DNA of 39,291 nt from Nitrospiraceae bacterium (GTDB lineage Bacteria > Nitrospirota > Nitrospiria > Nitrospirales > UBA2166), in the NCBI GenBank assembly GCA_002726235.1, contig PBSN01000004.1, forward strand, positions 101,279 through 140,569. The letters run 5' to 3'. Both the position numbers and the translations under genes were made by a program. The notes beneath the pieces were generated by a model. It made no database searches. It saw only the letters and a program-made list of their open reading frames with translations, and was not told the origin of the DNA. Of the stretch, positions 29,393 through 38,689 are shown piece by piece (the first letter of the stretch is position 1; every line of letters starts with the position of its first letter).

Positions 29393-30273
29393 AGTACGCT
29401 TTTTATCCAGGTTGCGTGTCCAAGGGAGCGTGTCCAGAGCTGTATCAGTCTGTAATGGCAGTCTATCCAAGGTTAGGTATTGCACTCGAAGAACTGACTG
29501 AAGCCGCCTGTACCGGGGCTGGTTGCCTACAGGAGAAAGACCAACGTCTCGGCGATACGCTCAATGCTAGAACCTTGGCCATGGCCGAACACAAGGGTCT
29601 TTCCCTTATGACTATTTGCAGTACATGCCAAGGAGTCTTCGCTCAAGCAAATAAGCGGCTTAAAGACGATTCTGATTATCTCGCTGAAGTCAACAAGATG
29701 TTAGCTCCGGAAGGCCTCAGCTACAAAGGCACCACAGTGGTGAAACATTTTCTCTGGGTGTTGCTGGAAGACCTTGAGGAAAGTGTCTGGCAGGACAAGG
29801 TTGTGAAACCGTTAAAAAACCTCCGTGTTGCCCCATTTTATGGTTGCTATATGCAGCGCCCTTCAGCGGCGTTAGGATTTGATGAACACCCGAAACGCCA
29901 AACATCCCTTGAGCAACTTATTGCTGCGATCGGCGCTGAAGTCATTGATTTTGCGGGGAAGGATCGGTGTTGTGGGTTGCCGATTCTCACGATTAACGAA
30001 CCTAATTCTATGGCGATGGTGCATAAGCACACCACTGACGCCAAAACATCTGGTGCCGATGTCATGGTGACACCATGTCCCTTGTGTCACTTGAATCTTG
30101 ATGGGTTACAACACACAGCCGCGAGCCGACATGATGTGACCATTGACATGCCAATCCTTCACTTCTCACAATTACTCGGCTTAGCGATGGGGTTAGATGC
30201 AAAATCGTTGGGACTGAAGCGCAATATTATCTCGCCTAAGGCCGTGCTCGAAAAAGCCGGCGTTGGGCTGTAA
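29389..30273 (+). CDS. CCG-domain (HdrB-like) subunit of type-E succinate:quinone oxidoreductase
   Basis: YPGC..ACTG..TICSTC and FYGC..RCCG..TPCPLC. ATGA overlap with sdhB. Confidence 0.92.
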   Translation: MKYAFYPGCVSKGACPELYQSVMAVYPRLGIALEELTEAACTGAGCLQEKDQRLGDTLNARTLAMAEHKGLSLMTICSTCQGVFAQANKRLKDDSDYLAEVNKMLAPEGLSYKGTTVVKHFLWVLLEDLEESVWQDKVVKPLKNLRVAPFYGCYMQRPSAALGFDEHPKRQTSLEQLIAAIGAEVIDFAGKDRCCGLPILTINEPNSMAMVHKHTTDAKTSGADVMVTPCPLCHLNLDGLQHTAASRHDVTIDMPILHFSQLLGLAMGLDAKSLGLKRNIISPKAVLEKAGVGL

Positions 30274-30404
30274 GTCTCCTCTTCGTAACATAGCCCAAAA
30301 TATAAGGGCTTGCCATCAATCATTGATGAATATGTTTTGTGAGGTGGACCCTTAGTTTCCGTTTCCTGGATTCCTCCGGAGGAGTTTGTAACCGACTGTC
30401 ACTC

Positions 30405-33140
30405 ATGCGGCACCTTATTTTGACAATCGTTTTCATCGCTTGGGCTGGAGGACTCGCCTTAGCCGCCACACCAATCAACGAGGAAATTGTTTTTGAAAAC
30501 GGGTTCACGGCCATTCTGATCGAAAATCACGGGGCTCCCATGATTGGGAGTTCGGTCATCGTCAGGGCGGGTTCAATCCACGAGGATGCTTCAAATAACG
30601 GCGTCTCTCACATGCTTGAGCATCTCCTTTTCAATGGCACTACAACCCGCACGCAGGAATCTTTGTATGCTGAGCAAGCGCAATTTGGCATCTACAACAA
30701 TGCTCATACCGCACAGGCCTATACCAATTACATCGTTCTTGCAGAGCATGATCACTTCCAAACGGCTATTGCCATCCAATCTGACATGCTCTTCAACTCA
30801 GTGATCCCTCCAGAAAAGTTTGAAAAAGAGAAGGGCATTGTTCTTAACGAAATTGCCAAGGATCGGATTTCTCCTGGCTACTGGGCAGCGGAGCAATTTA
30901 ACCGAACATTCTTTAAAGGCACACCGTATAACCTTACAGTTCTCGGTACCCCCACAAGCATTCGTGGGATGACGCGCGCACAGGTTCTTGACTATTACCA
31001 GGCGCGCTATGTGCCTAATAATATGACTGCCGTGATTGTCGGAGACTTTGATCGCGATCAGATGATCACACTGCTTAGAAAACATTTCGGCACTCAGTCG
31101 CCTGGGCTCTTGCCAGTTGCCCATCATCATGTATTAGACGCAACGGTTTTTGGAACACGGACGATATCTCAGATGGCGGTCCCTTCCCCGTACCTTACGA
31201 TAGGTTTTCTGGCTCCCCAAATAGATGACCCCGATTACTATCCGATGTCTATCTTCACACATCTTGCGCAGCGAACTGTTAAACGATTGCTAGATCAGGA
31301 ATTGATACGTAGGGGTAAGAAGCCAATCCAGAGCATCAGGTTGAGTTATGAGGCAAACCACGACTTCGGGGTTTTTCAAGTGGTATCCATCCTTCAAGAA
31401 GGAGAAGACCCATCATCAGTGTTTGGAGCTCTGAGAACAGTGTTGCCTCAAACAGTTGCGGCTGAGCACAATCAAGATATCATCACTGATATCGGAACAG
31501 AGCTTAAGGTTCAAGATCTCTCTCTCCTTGAGAAACCCCATTATTACGGAATGATGAAAGCCGATGCCATTGCTAACGGAGGATGGCAGCTAGCAAGATC
31601 ATACAGTGAAAAAATTTCTACCGTCACAGCAAAAAACATTACCAATGTTGTGACACGTTTTTTTACAACGTCAAAGGACTTTGCAAGCATCATTGTTCCG
31701 GGTGCCAAAACTTTTGACGAACTTGCTCCTACCATCGTGCCTCAATACCACGTGAAGCCTCCCACGGATAACGAATACAGCACGTCGAGTCTGATGCGTG
31801 TTGAAGCGTGGACATCAAAGCAATTCAGGACGTCGGTTAGGGAGGAAACGACGGGTGTTCACTGGACACTACCTGCCTCAGACGATCCTGCAGCAAATCA
31901 CCAGAAGAAATTTCGGTTGAAGAATGGCCTGACGGTACATATTGACTCCAATACTGACTCGACCATTTTTGCCATGCATTTGTTGGCAAAACATCGTGTT
32001 TGGTTGGAACCTCCGGGAAAAGAAGGAATTGCAGACCTTTTTCACAATCTTCTTGAAAGCGGCACAGAGACATTGAGCCGTGAGGACTTTGAAAAAGAGC
32101 TTTCACGAATTGGTGCGATCCTCAAAACACGCGATTCAGATACAATTCCGTTTGATGATTACTACCACTCCAGACTCTATTCGTATATTCGATTATCAAC
32201 TATTGATGAATTCGCCGAGCAGGGCATTCGCCTTTTTTCCAAACTCGTAATGCATCCACGGTTGCGTCAGGCAGATCTTGAAAGTTCGCAGCAGGAGGCG
32301 TTGGCACGCATTGTGGCGCGGGACGTAAATCCGTCTAAGCGTGCCGAAACTCTCCTTTATCAAACTGTTTTTGCAAACGATGTCCGTGCAAATTCTATCG
32401 AAGGAACCAAAGAGAGTATCGAGTCCATTACGATAGAAGATCTTAAGAGATTCCATGCCAAATATTTTTCCCCAAGCAATCTTGTGCTCTCGGTGGCAAC
32501 TGCATTGCCGCATGCGACCATCACAACACTCATCGAGAATGTATTCGGAACTCTTCCAGCTACGGATGTTCTCACGCCATCATCGGTTGATGTTCCGCTA
32601 ACGTATCAAGGGAAAGAGGTGCGCGAATTCCTTGGCGCTTCGCAGTCCTATATTCGTTTTGGGGCTGTTTTCCCAATTAAGCTCACTGATCATCCGGTGC
32701 TGACAGTATTGAACTCCTTCATCTCCAATCATCTCAGTTTCAAGTTACGAGAACAACAAGGGCTTGCGTATTTGGTTGGGTCTGACATTTCGTTTATGGG
32801 GATGCAGGCAATGTTGAACGTTTACATGGGCACAACGCCACAAACGCTAGATAAAGCCTTAGATGCCTTGACTGAGGCGTTGCGTGGAGTGCCACATATT
32901 GCCATTCGCGATGACAACATTGAACGGATTGTCAACGCACGAAACTCACGATACTTGATGCGCCGGTTGACTCGAATCAACCAAACCTATCGTTCAGGGC
33001 TGACCGAATTTTTTCGTGGCCGCTCTGGATGGGATTCGCCATCTCCTGCAGAACTCAAACAGGTGACTGCTCAGGATGTCACGCGAGCAATGAAGACGTA
33101 TTTTGAAAACATCGAGTTCACAAAAGTTGTGATCGAATAA
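30405..33140 (+). CDS. Exported M16-family zinc protease (PqqL-like)
   Basis: Signal peptide from ATG 30405. GVSHMLEH inverzincin motif, EKEKGIVLNE, Y.PNNM. Second degenerate half (LKNGL, KLREQQGLAY). Confidence 0.92.
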   Translation: MRHLILTIVFIAWAGGLALAATPINEEIVFENGFTAILIENHGAPMIGSSVIVRAGSIHEDASNNGVSHMLEHLLFNGTTTRTQESLYAEQAQFGIYNNAHTAQAYTNYIVLAEHDHFQTAIAIQSDMLFNSVIPPEKFEKEKGIVLNEIAKDRISPGYWAAEQFNRTFFKGTPYNLTVLGTPTSIRGMTRAQVLDYYQARYVPNNMTAVIVGDFDRDQMITLLRKHFGTQSPGLLPVAHHHVLDATVFGTRTISQMAVPSPYLTIGFLAPQIDDPDYYPMSIFTHLAQRTVKRLLDQELIRRGKKPIQSIRLSYEANHDFGVFQVVSILQEGEDPSSVFGALRTVLPQTVAAEHNQDIITDIGTELKVQDLSLLEKPHYYGMMKADAIANGGWQLARSYSEKISTVTAKNITNVVTRFFTTSKDFASIIVPGAKTFDELAPTIVPQYHVKPPTDNEYSTSSLMRVEAWTSKQFRTSVREETTGVHWTLPASDDPAANHQKKFRLKNGLTVHIDSNTDSTIFAMHLLAKHRVWLEPPGKEGIADLFHNLLESGTETLSREDFEKELSRIGAILKTRDSDTIPFDDYYHSRLYSYIRLSTIDEFAEQGIRLFSKLVMHPRLRQADLESSQQEALARIVARDVNPSKRAETLLYQTVFANDVRANSIEGTKESIESITIEDLKRFHAKYFSPSNLVLSVATALPHATITTLIENVFGTLPATDVLTPSSVDVPLTYQGKEVREFLGASQSYIRFGAVFPIKLTDHPVLTVLNSFISNHLSFKLREQQGLAYLVGSDISFMGMQAMLNVYMGTTPQTLDKALDALTEALRGVPHIAIRDDNIERIVNARNSRYLMRRLTRINQTYRSGLTEFFRGRSGWDSPSPAELKQVTAQDVTRAMKTYFENIEFTKVVIE

Positions 33141-33154
33141 CACTTTGGGCATCA

Positions 33155-33178
33155 CCTGTGGAATGAATTTTTCACAGG
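33155..33178. terminator. Hairpin downstream of M16 protease, possible terminator
   Basis: CCTGTGGA-N8-TTCACAGG between convergent genes. No clear U tract. Confidence 0.35.
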
Positions 33179-33180
33179 AG

Positions 33181-33291
33181 GTTGGAAGAGACATTCAGTT
33201 TTGCTCCCGCATCGCTCAGAATTTCGACATATACAACCGCAAATCTCAGAATTTGCTTGCCGAGGCCACGCTGAACGGGGTGTTTGAATAC
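33181..33291 (-). repeat. Degenerate ~110-nt intergenic repeat, copy 2 (inverted)
   Basis: Reverse complement reads TTCAAACACCCCGTTCAGCGTGGCCTCGGCAAGCAAA..CTGAGCGATGCGGGAG..CTCTTCCAAC. Shares GGCC.CGGCAAGC.AA with copy 1. Confidence 0.6.
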
Positions 33292-33365
33292 TCTGCGGGC
33301 TATTCCGTCGACCGTGTCGTGTGTGTTGGTGCAATGCAACAGAAATAGGGTTTTTCAACAGCCGG

Positions 33366-33839
33366 TTAGTACTGGATTTTAATATTCAGAATCGTTTTTT
33401 CTGCCTCAATGAGAACGATAGCTTCGGAGTGTTTTGGAGGGGCAAGGAGTACATCTGGGTTGTTTGAGAACCCAAACCCTTCAGTAGGAAGACCTATCCA
33501 TGATCGTGTGATCCTCCCATTCCCATCTTCGTCATGGTATGCGACGATGGCGTAATCGCCTATGTGAGGAGCCGCAATACAGACTGAGGTGGTACCCTTT
33601 ATCGCCGGCACACGTAGATGACCCAACTTTTCCCCTTTTTTAAGAAAACGCTCAGGGTCATCGTCATAGAGTGCAACCGTCACATTTCCCTTATCGTTTT
33701 TCACAGCATCGACATGAATTAGAATCGAATAGGGTGTTTTGCCACACAGTTGAAGAGATTTTGCTGCCCCATATGAAGAGCAAAATAAGATGGTTGCAAA
33801 TACAAGAGTTCCCTTCATAAAAAGTTTTGGCATGGTCAT
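33366..33839 (-). CDS. DUF2141 family exported protein
   Basis: Signal peptide, KGNVTVALY, GDYAIVAYHDEDGNG, GLPTEGFGFSNN. Confidence 0.9.
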   Translation of the reverse strand: MTMPKLFMKGTLVFATILFCSSYGAAKSLQLCGKTPYSILIHVDAVKNDKGNVTVALYDDDPERFLKKGEKLGHLRVPAIKGTTSVCIAAPHIGDYAIVAYHDEDGNGRITRSWIGLPTEGFGFSNNPDVLLAPPKHSEAIVLIEAEKTILNIKIQY

Positions 33840-33903
33840 CTTGGCGTTTTCCTCGCACGATATTTTATGCTTGTATCATCATGCTCGACATGTGAGAAGA
33901 AAC

Positions 33904-34013
33904 GTTCAAAACGATCTGTCCGCAAAGCTATAGGCTCTTTGTTGTGCGGATCGTATGTGGACGCGCGCAATCCTGACAATGTGCCGAGCGTGCCAATGGT
34001 GGCCTTTCTCAAC
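33904..34013 (+). repeat. Degenerate ~110-nt intergenic repeat, copy 3
   Basis: GTTCAAAA..GCAAAGC..CCGAG..TGGTGGCCTTTCTCAAC. Same length and ends as copy 4. Confidence 0.62.
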
Positions 34014-34019
34014 ATCTTG

Positions 34020-35297
34020 CTATGATAGCGATGATAGCAGTACTGTCGCTGTCATAAGGTAGATCGTGATACTTGCGATATCTGTTGCTGTCGTGATCAA
34101 TGGCGCAGCCGCAATGGCAGGGTCAAGTCCGTTGTACTTCAATAGAATCGGTAACGCTGTAGCCATGACGACCGCAATCAAAAAGGTTAGCGTCATGGAG
34201 AAACCAACAACCACACCCAGCATTACGTGAGCATGCCATGCTAGCGTTATCAACAGGATTACCCCGCCGCAGATACTTCCCATGAGTAACGCTACCCAGC
34301 TTTCGCGTACACAGAGTGTCCACAGATCACGTCGGTCAATTCTTCCGATTGCAAGACTTCGAATAACCAGTGTCGACGATTGGAGACCTGCATTGCCTCC
34401 GAGCGCAGTAATGATTGGGATAAAACTTATGATAGCGACGACTTCCTGAATGGTATACCTGAAGAACCAGAGAATGTAACCAGCGAGGATGCTGCCAAGC
34501 ATATTCACAAAAATCCACGGGAGTCGACGTTTCGCTTCTTGCAGTCCTGAAACGTAAAATTGTGGATCATCTTGCTCGGTAGTAGAGATTCCCGACATGC
34601 GTAACATGTCTTCGGTCGTTTCTTCCTGGATGACGTCGACAACATCATCGATCGTGATGATTCCCATGAGTTTTCCAGTAGGATGCACGACGGGAATGGA
34701 CAGTAAATTATATCGAGCGACTTTGTCGGCGACTTCCTCTTGATTCGTTTCGGTTGTAACGAATATTGGTTCTCGATCCATAATCTCTGTGATTCGCGCT
34801 TTTCGCGATGCCCGAAGCAAGGCACGAAGGGCTACAACTCCCATGAGGTTGCCTTGATCATTGGTGACATAGATCTCGTAGATCATTTCCTCAATAGAGG
34901 ATTTTTGAATCGCTTTGAATGCTGTATCAACCGTAGCATCCTGATGTATAGCTACATACTGTGTGGTCATTACCCCACCGGCAGATCGCTTGGGGTATGT
35001 CAGGAGGCACTCGAGTTGCGCAGCCTCCTCATGAGCTATGCCACGAAGAATGGCCGGTACCGCCTCCTGCGGGAGGACTCTAAGAATGTCAGTTGCATCA
35101 TCGCGTGGGAGTTCTTTAATCAGCGCGGAGAGTTCTGTGAGCGGAATGCCCCGTAGCACTTGGACAACATGCTCACTGGAAAGTTCACTGAGGACATGAG
35201 CTTTGGTTGATGAACTTGCGATGTCTTCAAAGAGTCGTCGCTTCTCGGCAATGTCAGGGGAATCGTGTATGGATTTAGCGATATCGGCAGGATGCAT
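34020..35297 (-). CDS. mgtE: Magnesium transporter MgtE
   Basis: HPADIA, SAGGVMT, CBS pair, GIITIDD, RRLPW, GGNAGLQS, DPA..AAPLITT.TD. Confidence 0.95.
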   Translation of the reverse strand: MHPADIAKSIHDSPDIAEKRRLFEDIASSSTKAHVLSELSSEHVVQVLRGIPLTELSALIKELPRDDATDILRVLPQEAVPAILRGIAHEEAAQLECLLTYPKRSAGGVMTTQYVAIHQDATVDTAFKAIQKSSIEEMIYEIYVTNDQGNLMGVVALRALLRASRKARITEIMDREPIFVTTETNQEEVADKVARYNLLSIPVVHPTGKLMGIITIDDVVDVIQEETTEDMLRMSGISTTEQDDPQFYVSGLQEAKRRLPWIFVNMLGSILAGYILWFFRYTIQEVVAIISFIPIITALGGNAGLQSSTLVIRSLAIGRIDRRDLWTLCVRESWVALLMGSICGGVILLITLAWHAHVMLGVVVGFSMTLTFLIAVVMATALPILLKYNGLDPAIAAAPLITTATDIASITIYLMTATVLLSSLS

Positions 35298-35355
35298 AGT
35301 ACTGAGTCCTCAATTTTTAACTGCAGATTTTCTGCTTCCGGATAAGATTCCCACG

Positions 35356-36426
35356 CTATAAGCAATGCCCCCCTTGAGTGTCCCGAAGAAAAACGATGGT
35401 ATGGAGGGTTTCGACGTGAATGTCAACATTGGTTCCTACTGGGTAGATCACGGTCGATGAATCGCTACTGTACAGTAGTTGTCCTGACGGCAGGAGAATT
35501 CTGTACAAATTTTCTGAACCTCGAAAATGTCTTCTGAGGATTCGTGCGGACGCTGTTTCGCATGGCTGGATCCTGACATCGTCCGGTCTGATCATGACTA
35601 GCACTTGAGTAGAATCCTTAAGTCTTCCCACATTCTCGAATATACCAACTTCTGTAACAACCTTTCCTTCAGTGACCTGCCCTGGAACGAAGTCGGCTTG
35701 GCCAACGAAGTCTGCCACGAATGCAGTTGTTGGAGTGTGATAGATTTCATCTGGCGTGCCTAATTGTTCCAGTCGGCCCGTGTTCAGGACGGCGACGTTG
35801 TCAGCCATATCGAGTGCCTCTTCATGATCATGAGTGACAAGGATGCTTGTCGAACCCGTTCGTTCAAGAATCTCGAGCAGTTCTTCTCGCATGCGCTCTG
35901 TCATATCCGGATCGAGACTGCTGAAAGGCTCGTCCAGTAGCAATACGGCTGGTCGTGGTGCAAGGGCTCTGGCCAGCGCAACGCGCTGCTGTTGGCCGCC
36001 AGAGAGTGCACTCGGATAGTGTGACTCGAAGCCTTCCAATCCAATGAGGGCAAAGACTTCCCTTATCTTTTCTCGTTGTGAATTTGGCGTGACGCCCCGT
36101 AGTCCGAACGCCACGTTTTGCAAAACTGTGAGGTGGGGGAATAGCGCATAATCTTGGAAGACCATCCCGACCCCGCGATGTTCCGCCTCAACCCATGTGT
36201 TGGCGCTGGCAACTGATTTTCCCGAGATGACTACATGTCCATGTGCCGGACGTTCGAAACCTGCGATGACACGTAGCACGGTTGTCTTTCCACATCCGCT
36301 TGGACCAAGAATTGCCGTCAAGTCACCTTCGCAAACTGAAAACGAAATGTCCGTGATTGCAGGCGATGTGGAACCTGGATAGGTGAGGGAAACGTGCTCG
36401 AGTGTAATAAGCGGTTTAGTAGTCAT
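35356..36426 (-). CDS. Fe3+-type ABC transporter ATP-binding protein (FbpC-like)
   Basis: GPSGCGKT, GMVFQDYALFPH, LSGGQQQR, DEPFS, C-terminal TOBE region. Start set at MTTKP because the upstream extension runs through a repeat. Confidence 0.9.
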   Translation of the reverse strand: MTTKPLITLEHVSLTYPGSTSPAITDISFSVCEGDLTAILGPSGCGKTTVLRVIAGFERPAHGHVVISGKSVASANTWVEAEHRGVGMVFQDYALFPHLTVLQNVAFGLRGVTPNSQREKIREVFALIGLEGFESHYPSALSGGQQQRVALARALAPRPAVLLLDEPFSSLDPDMTERMREELLEILERTGSTSILVTHDHEEALDMADNVAVLNTGRLEQLGTPDEIYHTPTTAFVADFVGQADFVPGQVTEGKVVTEVGIFENVGRLKDSTQVLVMIRPDDVRIQPCETASARILRRHFRGSENLYRILLPSGQLLYSSDSSTVIYPVGTNVDIHVETLHTIVFLRDTQGGHCL

Positions 36427-36438
36427 GATTAGGGTGCT

Positions 36439-36548
36439 GTTCAAAAAGTTTGTACAGCAAGGCCTCAGATAGTAAAAATGCTGAGGGGTGCGAGAGCGTG
36501 CGTTGAGGCTTTCGAGCACCGAGAACGATGCTGGTGGCCTTTTTCAAC
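36439..36548 (+). repeat. Degenerate ~110-nt intergenic repeat, copy 4
   Basis: GTTCAAAAAG..CAGCAAGGCC..CGTTGAG..CCGAGAACGATGCTGGTGGCCTTTTTCAAC. Internal CCTCAG/CTGAGG stem. Confidence 0.72.
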
Positions 36549-36555
36549 CGTTCCA

Positions 36556-38127
36556 TTAGATGAGATGCTTTTCTCTTATTGTTGAGATGACAAGCCATGG
36601 TACGGCGGTTGCCGCAATGAGCACGATTGACATGACGGCAGCTGTGGAATATTCGGCTTCGACCGTGTGGATGTAGATTCTGACTGGGATCGTATCGAAG
36701 CCCGCAGGGCGTAAGAGCAGGGTGGCATCCAGTTCTTTCATTGCAGAGATAAAGACCAGAGCCCATCCGGAAAAAAGCGCGGGTTTCGTGATTGGAATGA
36801 CGACACGCGAAACTACTCCGAACGCACGGGTCCCCAAGCTTCTCGCGGCTTCTTCAAGGTTGCGATGTATGCTGATAAGTGCGGCCTCGCTTCCTTGGAC
36901 CGCTTGGGTGAGAAAGCGAATGAGGTATGCCAGAATGATTACGGTCACAGATCCGTAGAGCCACGGTACATAGGTGTTGTACAGAAGAATTAAGCTTAAG
37001 CCAAGCACTGTCCCAGGGATCGCGTAGCCGATCTGAGGGATATTGGACAAAGGTTTCCCTGCCCACGGGCCCAATCGTTGTGAGATATAAGCCACCATTG
37101 CTCCGATCGAGATGGCAAGTGTTGCTGTAAGTGCTCCAATCCACAGACTATTGGCCATAAAGGGCCATTGCTCCTGTAAAACGTTGACGAACAATGAACC
37201 GATACCGGATTGGTAGACCAACAATCCCAACGGAAGAAAGAATGAAATGGTCAGAACCATCAGAATCCAGGTGAGGGCGAGCCATCGCCATGGCCCAAGA
37301 TCAAGTGGACGCGGTTCGCGTGTACTCCCGGTCACAGTCGTGTAATTTTTTCTGCCCAATAATATGCGCTGTCCAATCAGCACGATGATGGCAATAACGA
37401 CAAGAACGCACGACAAGAGTGCCGCGGCGGTTTGGTCAAAGCGTGTATTGAGTTGATGATATATTTCCGTGGTCAGGACTTGGACGCGAAGGAGGGAAAG
37501 GGCGCCGAAGTCAGAGATCGCATAGAGGAAGATCAATAATCCGCCCGCAAGCATTGTCGGTCTGAGGAGAGGGAAGGTGACGAGACGAAAGACGCCAAGC
37601 CGTCCGAGCCCTAAACTGCTTGCCGCTTCTTCCAAGGCTGGATTGGTGTGCTCCAATGCGCTGGTCAGGAAGAGGAACATGATTGGATAAGTAAAGCTTC
37701 CGAGCACGAACACGCCTCCCCAAAATCCGTAGATATTGACCCAAGGTGTCACGTCGCTGGTGATTGATCGGATCACATCGTTCACCAGTCCTGCAGGACC
37801 GAGGAGAGTAATATAGGTTAAGGCACCAATGTACGATGGGATTGCGAGCGGGATTGTTCCCACCCACCGCCATAGGCCGCGCCAAGGAATATTGGTTCGA
37901 ACCACTAGCCATGCAAAGGGAAGGGCTAAGATCGTTGCCCACGTGGTGGCAAAAGCGGCCAGCAACGCTGTTTTCATGACCAATGTTGCCAGATGATTGA
38001 TCCCGATTGCAGAGAAGACTGAAAATCCCGCGCGGAACCCATTTACAATGAGCGAAACGAGTGGTGGAAGAAAGAGTAGGCCAAGGATGCACCCGAGGAT
38101 GCCTGCCATATATTTGTGCCAGCGCAT
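36556..38127 (-). CDS. Fe3+-type ABC transporter permease (FbpB-like)
   Basis: Two EAA loops (LEEAASSLG, LEEAARSLG), PLAIPSYI, SDFG, YAIPGTV, KELDATLLLRPAGFDT. Confidence 0.93.
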   Translation of the reverse strand: MRWHKYMAGILGCILGLLFLPPLVSLIVNGFRAGFSVFSAIGINHLATLVMKTALLAAFATTWATILALPFAWLVVRTNIPWRGLWRWVGTIPLAIPSYIGALTYITLLGPAGLVNDVIRSITSDVTPWVNIYGFWGGVFVLGSFTYPIMFLFLTSALEHTNPALEEAASSLGLGRLGVFRLVTFPLLRPTMLAGGLLIFLYAISDFGALSLLRVQVLTTEIYHQLNTRFDQTAAALLSCVLVVIAIIVLIGQRILLGRKNYTTVTGSTREPRPLDLGPWRWLALTWILMVLTISFFLPLGLLVYQSGIGSLFVNVLQEQWPFMANSLWIGALTATLAISIGAMVAYISQRLGPWAGKPLSNIPQIGYAIPGTVLGLSLILLYNTYVPWLYGSVTVIILAYLIRFLTQAVQGSEAALISIHRNLEEAARSLGTRAFGVVSRVVIPITKPALFSGWALVFISAMKELDATLLLRPAGFDTIPVRIYIHTVEAEYSTAAVMSIVLIAATAVPWLVISTIREKHLI

Positions 38128-38145
38128 GATTGAATTGTATCTGTG

Positions 38146-38568
38146 TTAGCCGTGGCAGGTAGAACACTGACCGTACAGTTCAAGTTTGTGTGTGGTGATG
38201 TGAAAGTCGTGTTGGCGTGCGACCTCTTCTTGTAGTTCTTCAATGTCACAATTCTCGAACTCGATAATCGTTCCACATTTGGTGCAGATCATGTGGTCGT
38301 GATGGCCCTTGCGGGAAATGTTGTCGTAGTGGGTTTGTGTTCCAAAATTTCGTTGTTGCGCAAGGCCACACTCACAAAGAAGATTTAGTGTTCGGTAAAT
38401 GGTGGCGAGTCCGATATGAGGTTTATGCTTGGCCAGCGCGTGGTAGAGCTGTTCGGCCGTGACATGTTCCATCTTCAGGAAGGTTTCGAGGATCATTTCA
38501 CGCTGGCTGGTCACTCGTAGCTCATGATCGGCGAGATGCTCTCGAAGAATAGCTATCTCGTTTTGCAT
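38146..38568 (-). CDS. fur: Fur-family transcriptional regulator
   Basis: RVTSQR, HVTAE, IGLATIYRTL, HHDHMICTKCG, HKLELYGQCSTC. Confidence 0.93.
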   Translation of the reverse strand: MQNEIAILREHLADHELRVTSQREMILETFLKMEHVTAEQLYHALAKHKPHIGLATIYRTLNLLCECGLAQQRNFGTQTHYDNISRKGHHDHMICTKCGTIIEFENCDIEELQEEVARQHDFHITTHKLELYGQCSTCHG

Positions 38569-38614
38569 GGCTTTCTTTTTCTTTGTAGGGAGGACAGTCA
38601 GAGTGATCCCCGCT

Positions 38615-38663
38615 GATATTGATAATGAATTTCTTTATTATACCATCGGCGGGGATACGTCAA
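38615..38663 (-). promoter_or_regulatory. fur promoter with Fur box
   Basis: Minus strand TTGACG(38663-58)-15 nt-TATAAT(38642-37) with TGn extension. GATATTGATAATGAATTTC (38615-33) matches the Fur consensus GATAATGATAATCATTATC at 15/19. Confidence 0.75.
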
Positions 38664-38689
38664 GGTTTGATTGGCTAAAACTCCTGTAT

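Noticed and set aside
29389..30273. Heterodisulfide reductase/methanogenesis call
   Set aside because: No hdrA or hdrC. It is coupled to sdhAB, so it is the type-E anchor.
35120..35365. Frameshifted N-terminus of mgtE
   Set aside because: ATG 35297 has its own GAGGA SD and an upstream in-frame stop, so there is insufficient evidence of disruption.
36427..36519. N-terminal extension of the ABC ATPase in the ORF track
   Set aside because: It runs through the intergenic repeat and has no ABC similarity.
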